IMG/VR virus record: IMGVR_UViG_3300025327_000020
Strand: one strand, 5' to 3'
Source of the DNA: an uncultured virus (IMG/VR IMGVR_UViG_3300025327_000020)
Lineage: Duplodnaviria > Heunggongvirae > Uroviricota > Caudoviricetes
DNA: 26,699 nt
A model generated the notes under the pieces. The model had not been told where the DNA came from, ran no database searches, and saw only the letters and a list, made by a program, of their open reading frames with translations. Positions 8,861 to 16,230 of this stretch are shown here, piece after piece. The first letter of the stretch is position 1. Each line of letters starts with the position of its first letter. A program made the translations under genes and the position numbers.

Positions 8861-8971
8861 ATGCCAAAGAAAAAGAAGAAAGCTAACAAGAATGGCACGC
8901 ACAAGATGCCAAACGGTATGATGATGTCAGATGCAGAGATGAAGAAGCACCGAAAGAAGATGATGAAGTAG
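8861..8971 (+). CDS. Small Lys/Met-rich protein (36 aa)
   Basis: ATG8861-TAG8971, MPKKKKKANKNGTHKMPNGMMMSDAEMKKHRKKMMK. Not in the ORF track. Confidence 0.6.
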   Translation: MPKKKKKANKNGTHKMPNGMMMSDAEMKKHRKKMMK

Positions 8972-8992
8972 TGACCAATCCCTGGAGGCCCA

Positions 8993-9118
8993 ATGCGGTA
9001 CAACTTTTGCGGGAAATGTCACAAGATGAAAGTCAAGGGGACAGACTGCACTTACTGCAAGGTAGTCAAGAAGTCCTGGTGGAGTAAAGTATGGCAAACT
9101 ATTCTGCGACAGAGCTAG
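8993..9118 (+). CDS. Small zinc-ribbon-like protein (41 aa)
   Basis: GGAGG RBS. MRYNFCGKCHKMKVKGTDCTYCKVVKKSWWSKVWQTILRQS contains two CxxC motifs. Confidence 0.6.
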   Translation: MRYNFCGKCHKMKVKGTDCTYCKVVKKSWWSKVWQTILRQS

Positions 9119-9127
9119 ATAGATACA

Positions 9128-10435
9128 ATGAGTAATTACCCAACCGTAACAAGAAAAGCACTAAGACAGAACATCATCAAGAAGTTCTATAAGCCTAGGC
9201 ACCCCATTGTCTCCGCTACCACAACCACAGCCAGTGATACCACGACTCTGATTGACAGTGTGTTGGCTCCAGCAGGACAGACTGAGGACTACAGGGGTGC
9301 ATGGGTATTGATTACGGAAGTTGGAGCATCTGGCCCAGCGGTGGGAACCGTTGCTCGTGTGACCAATACATCTTTCTCTGGAAGTAACAGCACTCTTACC
9401 ATTGCCCCAGCGTTTAGTGCAGCCTTGCTTACGGCGATGGACTATGAATTGCACTACAAGTATCACCCAAATTACATAGAATTCCTCATAGATGAAATCT
9501 TAGGAAACCTAGAGAATCCTTACTATTTCCCGCTAACTCTAATCACCGATGGTGACATGGAGAATGCCCCAGCTACCAGCTTTACAGCCTCTAATGCAAC
9601 CCTTGCCAACGAGACAACTACCGTCCTGCATGGTCGAAAGGCACTCAAGATAACCGCAACTGCTGCCAACGGTCATGCGCGGTCAGCTACCGTGAACCTA
9701 CCTAATTCTACTCAAGTCTTATGTGCTGCCGATGTATTTATTACAAGTGGAGACTCAGCAAAGTTGACACTGTATGATGTAACCAACAGCGCCGTGCTTG
9801 AGACCGCCGAATCAGCCTCCACCGGATGGGTGAGATTGCAGTTCACGGCTACAATGCCATCAACCTGTGAGCAGGTGCGGTTGAATCTTGAGTCACAGGC
9901 TAACACAGACATTACATACTGGGACAATGCAATTTTACTGCCTTGTTATCAAACACAGTACACGCCGCCGGATGAGATAGAATATGCGGAGGATATTACG
10001 GGGCTTTACTTCTGGCCCAAGGGTGCAGACATTGCAGGAAGTGCCGAGGATTTCTCGTTCAGACTTCATGAGGGCGGGCTACAGACATTCAGTCAATGGC
10101 ACAGTGAAAGGGACGAAACTGCTGTGGTTCCGTGGAGACTGAGTATTGACCAGCCTCCTATCACAGAACCAATATTCATTCAGACTTTGGTGGACTACGC
10201 GGCTCTTGCCTCGGATACTGCAACTACTACCGCTCCTGCCCTCTTGGTTGAGGAGCTAGTCTTGGCCGAGCTATACGATGATATGGCCGACGAGGAGGAA
10301 GAGAATGGTAATCTCCAGTCTGCCAACTCTTTCCGCACCCGTGCTGCACGCACACGGCAAGGAGTGAGCCCTATCTATCGGAAGTTCCGCCCACAACAGA
10401 CTTTTGTAAAGGGGGCACGTCTTGGCAGCGGGTAA
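9128..10435 (+). CDS. Putative head-tail adaptor/tail protein with internal carbohydrate-binding-like domain
   Basis: 435 aa. The N-terminal TRKALRQNI helix and helical C-terminus flank a CBM4/9-like segment (LITDGDME...ALKIT...GWVRLQFT...YWDNAIL). Confidence 0.55.
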   Translation: MSNYPTVTRKALRQNIIKKFYKPRHPIVSATTTTASDTTTLIDSVLAPAGQTEDYRGAWVLITEVGASGPAVGTVARVTNTSFSGSNSTLTIAPAFSAALLTAMDYELHYKYHPNYIEFLIDEILGNLENPYYFPLTLITDGDMENAPATSFTASNATLANETTTVLHGRKALKITATAANGHARSATVNLPNSTQVLCAADVFITSGDSAKLTLYDVTNSAVLETAESASTGWVRLQFTATMPSTCEQVRLNLESQANTDITYWDNAILLPCYQTQYTPPDEIEYAEDITGLYFWPKGADIAGSAEDFSFRLHEGGLQTFSQWHSERDETAVVPWRLSIDQPPITEPIFIQTLVDYAALASDTATTTAPALLVEELVLAELYDDMADEEEENGNLQSANSFRTRAARTRQGVSPIYRKFRPQQTFVKGARLGSG

Positions 10436-12608
10436 GACGCAACGGCTGAAGATTTGGCGAGACTGGAGTGATGGGGTAGGATTCCTCGATGACAGTCCTG
10501 ATGCAAATGGATTGTATTATGCGTCAGGGATTCTCGGTATGCTTGGGGAATTGCGTCCTGCTCCGTTGAAGAATACTGTTGCTGTTGGTATCGATTCTTC
10601 TAGGCATTTTCAATACTTCTTTGAGGAGCCTGTAGCAACAGCGAACCCTGTTTTTGACGCAAGTTCGTCTGGGTCTACCAATAACGTTAATACCCTAACA
10701 GTCTCTCACACCATTGCTAATCAGCCAAATCAAGTCCTTTTTGTCTGGGTGTTTGTCAATAGCACACTTGCTTGGTTTGAGTCTGACCTTACAATTACTT
10801 TTAATGGCGACACCTTGATTAATGCTGTAGATGAGGCGTATAGTTCGAGCTTCGCAGGTATATTGTATTACCTACCTAATCCTGACATTGGAGCACATGA
10901 TATAGTTGCCACCGTCAGTAATGGGGGAACCGCAGATATTATACTCATCGCTGCTAGTTATTACAAAACAAGCCAAACCGCTCCTATCCGAGCAACCTTT
11001 TCAGCCGATGGCCTTGGCACCAGTATTGCCAAGACGGGGATAGTTAGTTCCACTAGCGAAATTATGGTAATGGGAAGCGCAACCCCAAATAATCTTACTG
11101 ATACTCAGGACGGAGCGGAAACTCTAATCGCAACGATTCTTAATGCAGGTAATGATATGAGAAGTACCGCTAGTTCTAAGGTGGGAGCAGCCAGCGGCTC
11201 AATGACTCACACGTTGAGTGGTGCCGGAGGAGCATGGATAAGTCTGGGAGGCTCTATTGTTGGCGCTGCGCCTGGCCCAAGCCATCTCTACGCGATGAGC
11301 GGAGGGCGAGTGGGTAATACCTCTTGTTTCCTCGATAAGTTTGACCTTTTCAATAGTGCCTTCGCTACACAGGAGTCTGGCTTTTACGCGCTAACCAATC
11401 TACTAAAAACTGGACAACCCACACGCTATCAAGGCTTCTGGTGGATACCAGATGGGGATGAGTTCGACCCTCGGAAGTTGACTCCCGCCACCGGAGGGTG
11501 CTCTGGTGAACTTGCGGCTTCAAGTGCATGGACAGGCGGTGGAGCCGACCATCTTGGTAATATGAACGGGCAGATGATAGCTGGGTTGAAGGACAATGGA
11601 TACGCTATTCTGTCCGTCAATGGTACTCCAACCACTACAGCAGATTGGGGTTCTTATTTCACAGTTGGTGATAAGAATGAACGGCCCGCCGCAATCTCAG
11701 GGCTTAGTGGGCTGTCGTTCGTCCTAACAGTAGAGGGTCTCCTATCCTTCAATACTCAAGGCCGTTCAGGTCTTATCTTCGAGGATTTCCGTTCGTGGCG
11801 CAATGTGTTTGACAATATTCCAATGCCATCATGGAGAGGAGGTCTTCTGATACCCCACCCCACAGGACTCCTCTACTATACCCCTGGGGAAATACCAGTC
11901 AATATAGGTATTGAGGCGAAGTCTGGTGTAGGTTCCATCCCACCGTCGGGAGCAACCGAACTACACGGCGGGCGATACATGGGAGTACACGCCACTGGTG
12001 ACTATGTATGGGCAGTGTATCAACCACTACTTAGTTCTACGGCTGCCTTAATTCTATGTGGATACTCTAAGACCAGAGACCCACGGAATCTAACCTGGCA
12101 AGTAGTGTCAACCACAACCCTGCAAGATGCTCAACATCTCTTGGGTATCTTCGTCTCTGCTCAGAGTCAGCCAAATTCATCCACGTACAATACTCCTTGT
12201 GTCTGGTATGGGGACACGGGCAACCTATCTTACAACATCCTTGACCCACGAGCAGGCCCATTCCGTTCTCGGACAGACACTCACAAGGTAATCACAAGTG
12301 GCAATGCCTTTCTCAGTGAGATTACTCTACCTGAGCCAATGGATTTGGACAGAGTAACCTTAGTGGTTCAAGACATGGCAGCGGGAGATGAGTGGCAAAT
12401 ATCTGCCATAATCAATAACGATGGGAATGACATAAATCTAGGAGCGCCGATTGTAGGGGATGGATGGCACAGTCGCCCGTTCGGAGTGCGGGGACAGAAC
12501 GTCTATCGCATTATGTTCCACCTTACATGGATAGCCACATCATCTAGTGCAAGAGTACCGCCGACTATCCGCTTGATGGAACTATGGGGGAGTCCGCCCA
12601 TTGCCTAG
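10422..12608 (+). CDS. Large tail/virion structural protein (possible tail tube/nozzle)
   Basis: 728 aa with a TTG start overlapping the upstream gene. N-terminal WRDWSDGVG motif and beta-rich composition, located after the adaptor-like gene. Confidence 0.6.
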   Translation: MAAGKTQRLKIWRDWSDGVGFLDDSPDANGLYYASGILGMLGELRPAPLKNTVAVGIDSSRHFQYFFEEPVATANPVFDASSSGSTNNVNTLTVSHTIANQPNQVLFVWVFVNSTLAWFESDLTITFNGDTLINAVDEAYSSSFAGILYYLPNPDIGAHDIVATVSNGGTADIILIAASYYKTSQTAPIRATFSADGLGTSIAKTGIVSSTSEIMVMGSATPNNLTDTQDGAETLIATILNAGNDMRSTASSKVGAASGSMTHTLSGAGGAWISLGGSIVGAAPGPSHLYAMSGGRVGNTSCFLDKFDLFNSAFATQESGFYALTNLLKTGQPTRYQGFWWIPDGDEFDPRKLTPATGGCSGELAASSAWTGGGADHLGNMNGQMIAGLKDNGYAILSVNGTPTTTADWGSYFTVGDKNERPAAISGLSGLSFVLTVEGLLSFNTQGRSGLIFEDFRSWRNVFDNIPMPSWRGGLLIPHPTGLLYYTPGEIPVNIGIEAKSGVGSIPPSGATELHGGRYMGVHATGDYVWAVYQPLLSSTAALILCGYSKTRDPRNLTWQVVSTTTLQDAQHLLGIFVSAQSQPNSSTYNTPCVWYGDTGNLSYNILDPRAGPFRSRTDTHKVITSGNAFLSEITLPEPMDLDRVTLVVQDMAAGDEWQISAIINNDGNDINLGAPIVGDGWHSRPFGVRGQNVYRIMFHLTWIATSSSARVPPTIRLMELWGSPPIA

Positions 12609-13122
12609 CTACGAAGAACAAATTGCAGCCCTAGCCCGAAAGATGGACAGGCTGGAACAAATGCTACAATCACAGCCTAACTCTCGTTATGACCGACGCA
12701 TCCCTGAATTGGCTACCAACTATGACGTGGAAGACTCTATTTTCCGCCCCACACTAACAGGAAAGGCCACAGCAAATCTTACACTAACCACTGGCGCTCA
12801 AGCTGTTGTAGGCACCACCATCACATTATCTCCTGGTGGTATTTGGCTAATAACGGCTAGCTCATTAATGCGAGACAGTAGCGGTGCCACTGAAGCTAGA
12901 GAGGTTTACGTGGAGCTAAACATCTCTGGCGCGGGTCAGACACCCATAATGACCGGAATCCTCGCTGAAGGGTGGATGGGCTTTACTACTGGAATGGCGT
13001 GGATTGTAACAGTAACCAATAATGAGGCTGCCCAATTGCGCTCGTGGAAGAGTGGTGGCACGCAATCCACAAGCATTATTGCCGCATCCACCCTAATTTC
13101 AGCAGTGTGGATAGCGCCTTAG
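12601..13122 (+). CDS. Putative minor tail protein
   Basis: 173 aa with an N-terminal coiled coil (IAALARKMDRLEQ) and a C-terminal beta-sandwich-like region. Confidence 0.6.
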   Translation: MPSYEEQIAALARKMDRLEQMLQSQPNSRYDRRIPELATNYDVEDSIFRPTLTGKATANLTLTTGAQAVVGTTITLSPGGIWLITASSLMRDSSGATEAREVYVELNISGAGQTPIMTGILAEGWMGFTTGMAWIVTVTNNEAAQLRSWKSGGTQSTSIIAASTLISAVWIAP

Positions 13123-13138
13123 AACCGTGGTATAACTT

Positions 13139-13912
13139 ATGAATGCTGATTACCCAGGAGCCATTGTCGTCGAGGCCGCTAACTACGGATACAGCGGCGC
13201 TTTCAATCGTCCTCGTGCTTGGGCCCTGCATACACCAGAAGAACTTGCTGATTCAGACCCTCAGACCCCATACTATTTCCATAATACAACTAGAGAGGCG
13301 TCCACAACATACTTCGTATCCTACTTGGGCTTTGTGTTCCAGTGTGTGCCTGAGTCCGAAGGCGCTTACGCTAATGCTGTGGAGGGTAAACCTTACCCCA
13401 GTTGGGCAGACTCAACCATCAACCTGAACCTCCAAACACTATCTGTAGAAATAGAAGGATTTGCCACTGATATTCACCTTACAATGCCACGGGGCTCTCC
13501 TCAGTGGAAGGCTCTAGTTGACCTTATGGCTCACCGATGCAAAGCCTTGGGAATACCACCAGATAGAACATTTGGGCATTATGAGGTCAGTATATATCGG
13601 GGAGACCCAGGACAATTGGACATACCACAGTTAGTAGCGGACGTAGTAGCAAAGATGGAGGAAGATATGCCAAAACTAATTCATTGCATAGATGGTGGTA
13701 AAGTCTATGTCGTGGGAGAAGTTGGTAAGCGCCATATCGACGACCAAGCAGAACTGGGTATTTATATCAGACTGTTTGGTGCGTGGATGGATGTCTACCA
13801 AGCAGAGGCCGACATGATACCGGATGTCCCCAGTGTCACAGGAAATGCTGTAGATGTTGCATCTATAGCTAGCGCGGTTGCCAACGAACTAGCACGACGT
13901 ATGGTGACGTAG
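13139..13912 (+). CDS. Endolysin, N-acetylmuramoyl-L-alanine amidase (Amidase_2)
   Basis: Zn-amidase motifs ALHTPE, ASTTYFV, SVEIEG and FGHYEV...GDPG, plus a C-terminal extension. Confidence 0.85.
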   Translation: MNADYPGAIVVEAANYGYSGAFNRPRAWALHTPEELADSDPQTPYYFHNTTREASTTYFVSYLGFVFQCVPESEGAYANAVEGKPYPSWADSTINLNLQTLSVEIEGFATDIHLTMPRGSPQWKALVDLMAHRCKALGIPPDRTFGHYEVSIYRGDPGQLDIPQLVADVVAKMEEDMPKLIHCIDGGKVYVVGEVGKRHIDDQAELGIYIRLFGAWMDVYQAEADMIPDVPSVTGNAVDVASIASAVANELARRMVT

Positions 13913-13913
13913 A

Positions 13914-13947
13914 TAAAAAGAGCGGGAGGCTTATAAAAGACCCCCGC
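13914..13947 (-). terminator. Intrinsic terminator at the convergence of the two gene blocks
   Basis: On the - strand, hairpin GCGGGGGTCTTTTATAAGCCTCCCGC is followed by TCTTTTT. Confidence 0.7.
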
Positions 13948-13961
13948 GAATCACTAATTCG

Positions 13962-13990
13962 ATTATACCACATTCAGAGGCGTTTGTCAA
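13962..13990 (-). promoter_or_regulatory. sigma70-type promoter
   Basis: TTGACA (13990-13985), 17-nt spacer, TATAAT (13967-13962), with TG extension. Confidence 0.85.
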
Positions 13991-14115
13991 GCCCCCTGGC
14001 GATAAATCTTTGACAAGGCATAGATTAGGAACAACGGTGCTACTGCCAGCGGTGCCCACCACTGCCCGTTCATACCCGCCACTGCTGCAACGGACAGTAC
14101 ATAGAATCTAAGCAC
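13987..14115 (-). CDS. Small hydrophobic protein (42 aa)
   Basis: GTG14115-TGA13987, MLRFYVLSVAAVAGMNGQWWAPLAVAPLFLIYALSKIYRQGA. It overlaps the upstream stop. Confidence 0.45.
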   Translation of the reverse strand: MLRFYVLSVAAVAGMNGQWWAPLAVAPLFLIYALSKIYRQGA

Positions 14116-14278
14116 GGTAGATTACCTTAAAATACCCCCCGCCCGTGCTCTCCAAAGCTTCTTCTCTCTCCTTCTTTTCCAAATAGTGCTCGCAGAACTT
14201 AATGTGCCGTTTGTTTCGTCTCTGACAAGGCAAGATATGGCCGTTGTAGTTTGTCCCTTTATGTCTTTTCCACTGCAT
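14108..14278 (-). CDS. Hypothetical protein (56 aa)
   Basis: ATG14278 is coupled to the nrdJ TAA (TAATG), with a GGAGG RBS. Confidence 0.6.
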   Translation of the reverse strand: MQWKRHKGTNYNGHILPCQRRNKRHIKFCEHYLEKKEREEALESTGGGYFKVIYRA

Positions 14279-15852
14279 TAAGAACAACCTCCTCCACAAT
14301 CAGGACACATAAAGCATGTACCGTCAGGCACCGACTCACTATGGTTACAAGCGGAGATAGACTCATCTACCTTGGCCCGAAGAACCTGCTTCTCCCTACA
14401 CCCATCACGGAACACTGTGACACCCTTGCAGCCTCTTGCCCATGCACGCTTATACGAGTTTAGTACATCATCTACTGTCGCAGCGTTGGGCATATTGATA
14501 GTCTTCGATACGGACTGGTCAACATGCTTTTGAAAGATAGCTTGGTGTTCTAGGTGCCACTTCCAATCTATCTCATGCGCTGTCTTAGGTCGAAACTCCG
14601 AGAATTTCAGTGTTGGGTTAATCTGCTCGTGCAACTGTGTACCGTCACCCATAGTCCGAACCCAAGAGTCAGAGAAATGTGGCTCAATCCCTGCGGAGCA
14701 ACCAGCAAGCAGCGAGATGCTGCCAGTTGGTGCAATAGCTGTCCTACACGCATTACGATAAAGAGTCCTCGTCTCCCCTTTGTAAGCAGGGGCAGGGCCC
14801 CGAACTCTGGCAAGACTAGCACTCGTTGAATCAGCCACCTTCTGTACTGTTGACATAACCTTACCCGCCAAGTCCAAAGCAGTCTGACTATCATACGGTA
14901 TTCTCAACTGCGCCAACATATCGGCCCAACCCATCACACCAAGGCCGAGCTTCCTAGTCAGACGCACAGCCTCGGTTATATCTTCGTGAGGGAACTGGTT
15001 ATGCTCAAGTATGTCATCGAGGAACTGAATAGCCGTGGCAACCGTGGCCTGTAGTTCAGTAAACTTGACACGACCATCATCAGCAAACTTGGACAAGTTT
15101 ATACTGCCCAAGTTACACGCCTCATTGTCCAGAAGGGGAATCTCACCGCACGGGTTAGTGCCTGTAAGTTTGCCCAACCACGGCGTAGGATTATCTCTTT
15201 CCGCAGCATCAATGAAATAACACCCTGGGTCTCCAGTTGCCCACGCTACCTCGGCCATAAGACCAAGTAACTTCTCGGCCTGTGTGCCCCCCACCATCAC
15301 CTCTTCCATGAACTTGTCTGTTAGTGCAACAGAAACATTGAAAGTCCGAAGACCATCGGGATTCACGGCCTTCATAGTGATAAACTCTTCAACATCAGGA
15401 TGGTCACAGGATATGATAGCCATCTGTGCGGCCTCTCGCTTGCCCGACTGGGTGACAACTTCGCCCAACGAGTTGAACATCCTGATAAATCCCACAGGGC
15501 CACCAGCGGTATTACCCGTGCCCAACACTGGGGCACCCTTGCCTCGCACTTCGGACAACACATACCCCACACCCCCTCCCCATTTCTGCACCAGCGCAGC
15601 TTTCTTTGCCACGTCCATGATACCAATCATGTCATCAGGAACGTCGAACTTGAAACAAGCGGACAGTGTACCTCTGCCTGTACCAGCATTGAAAAGGGTT
15701 GGACTGTTAGGGAGAAATTCTAAGTCTCGCATCATGCGATAGTAACTTGGATTGCCGAAGCTGACTCGTTGCAGCATCTCATCGGGTGTCTCTCTCTCCA
15801 TGAGATACCGTTTTTGGAGCACTAGCAAAGCATTGCCGTTGAAGTTGGACAC
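14278..15852 (-). CDS. nrdJ: Class II (adenosylcobalamin-dependent) ribonucleotide reductase
   Basis: Motifs FLPNSPTLFNAG, LSACF, TNPCGEIPL, ACNLGSINL, IAPTGSIS, SVSKTIN, KGVTVFRDG and C-terminal CxxCxxC. No beta-subunit gene is adjacent. Confidence 0.9.
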   Translation of the reverse strand: MSNFNGNALLVLQKRYLMERETPDEMLQRVSFGNPSYYRMMRDLEFLPNSPTLFNAGTGRGTLSACFKFDVPDDMIGIMDVAKKAALVQKWGGGVGYVLSEVRGKGAPVLGTGNTAGGPVGFIRMFNSLGEVVTQSGKREAAQMAIISCDHPDVEEFITMKAVNPDGLRTFNVSVALTDKFMEEVMVGGTQAEKLLGLMAEVAWATGDPGCYFIDAAERDNPTPWLGKLTGTNPCGEIPLLDNEACNLGSINLSKFADDGRVKFTELQATVATAIQFLDDILEHNQFPHEDITEAVRLTRKLGLGVMGWADMLAQLRIPYDSQTALDLAGKVMSTVQKVADSTSASLARVRGPAPAYKGETRTLYRNACRTAIAPTGSISLLAGCSAGIEPHFSDSWVRTMGDGTQLHEQINPTLKFSEFRPKTAHEIDWKWHLEHQAIFQKHVDQSVSKTINMPNAATVDDVLNSYKRAWARGCKGVTVFRDGCREKQVLRAKVDESISACNHSESVPDGTCFMCPDCGGGCS

Positions 15853-15914
15853 GGGTACAGTTATCCTTTCGATAAACTATTAGGCTATTGGCTCTCCGAG
15901 CGGGGGAGGACTCT

Positions 15915-15943
15915 ATTATACACCATCCCTCGTTGTTTGTCAA
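15915..15943 (-). promoter_or_regulatory. sigma70-type promoter for nrdJ
   Basis: TTGACA (15943-15938), 17-nt spacer, TATAAT (15920-15915). Confidence 0.9.
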
Positions 15944-15945
15944 GG

Positions 15946-16055
15946 GGTGGGGCCTACCACTCTCCTACCACCCACCCTTCGCCTCTGCTTCTCCTCAGTC
16001 ACCATTAGACTGCCTCAAGGCGTCACCAATACACAGAAGCGGTTTGATAGGCCCC
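15946..16055 (-). ncRNA. Unassigned ~110-nt long-hairpin RNA
   Basis: 11-bp terminal stem GGGGCCUAUCA/UGGUAGGCCCC followed by ACC. Inner stems are CGCUUCUG/CAGAGGCG, UAUUGG/CUAAUG, GAC/GUC and GCC-UUGA-GGC. It starts 10 nt after the tRNA-His CCA. Confidence 0.55.
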
Positions 16056-16065
16056 GATATTTATC

Positions 16066-16143
16066 TGGAGTAGGGGATGGGACTCGAACCCACAACTTGC
16101 TGAGTCACAGTCAGCCGGTCTACCATTTGACCGCTACCCCTAC
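16066..16143 (-). tRNA. tRNA-His(GTG), atypical
   Basis: Acceptor GTAGGGG/CCCCTAC, D stem GGTC/GACC, anticodon arm GCTGA-CTGTGAC-TCAGC, T arm GTGGG-TTCGAGT-CCCAT, and encoded CCA. Confidence 0.9.
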
Positions 16144-16147
16144 TTTT

Positions 16148-16229
16148 TGGTGGAGCCGGTGGGTGTCGAACCCACGTCCTGAGTACGTCCTTTTCAGGCT
16201 TTACTACTCAGTCGAACCCTCGCGGCCCC
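16148..16229 (-). ncRNA. Minimal tmRNA-like RNA (tRNA-like domain only, 82 nt, no tag ORF)
   Basis: GGGGCCG-CGAGGGUUCGAC-UGAGUA-GUAAAGCCUGAAAAGGACG-UACUCA-GGAC-GUGGG-UUCGACA-CCCAC-CGGCUCC-ACCA. It has G3.U70, A73, a stemless D loop ending UUCGAC, and the GGAC linker of tmRNA. Confidence 0.85.
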
Positions 16230-16230
16230 A

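Noticed and set aside
13128..13141. TGGTATAAC extended -10 just before the endolysin ATG (leaderless transcript)
   Set aside because: It lies only 2 nt from the ATG, too close for a start site at or before the A, and there is no -35 box.
14554..15742. Several + strand ORFs opposite nrdJ, and similar shadow ORFs elsewhere (e.g. 7637..8101-, 18900..19340-, 26048..26575+)
   Set aside because: They are antisense or out-of-frame to well-supported genes and show no recognisable motifs.
15946..16055. Calling the hairpin RNA an SRP (4.5S) RNA or the missing tmRNA coding piece
   Set aside because: Size and ends resemble 4.5S RNA, but the conserved domain IV motif is not intact. No tag-like frame ending in hydrophobic/Ala residues is evident; the AUG frame reads MVTEEKQRRRVGGRRVVGPTP.
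16148..16229. Reading the tmRNA-like sequence as an attP/att remnant or as tRNA-Ala
   Set aside because: An att duplication would carry only one end of ssrA. Here both ends are present, mutually paired and joined by a tetraloop-capped stem, and no integrase is in the window. It has no D stem or 7-nt anticodon loop, so it is not tRNA-Ala.
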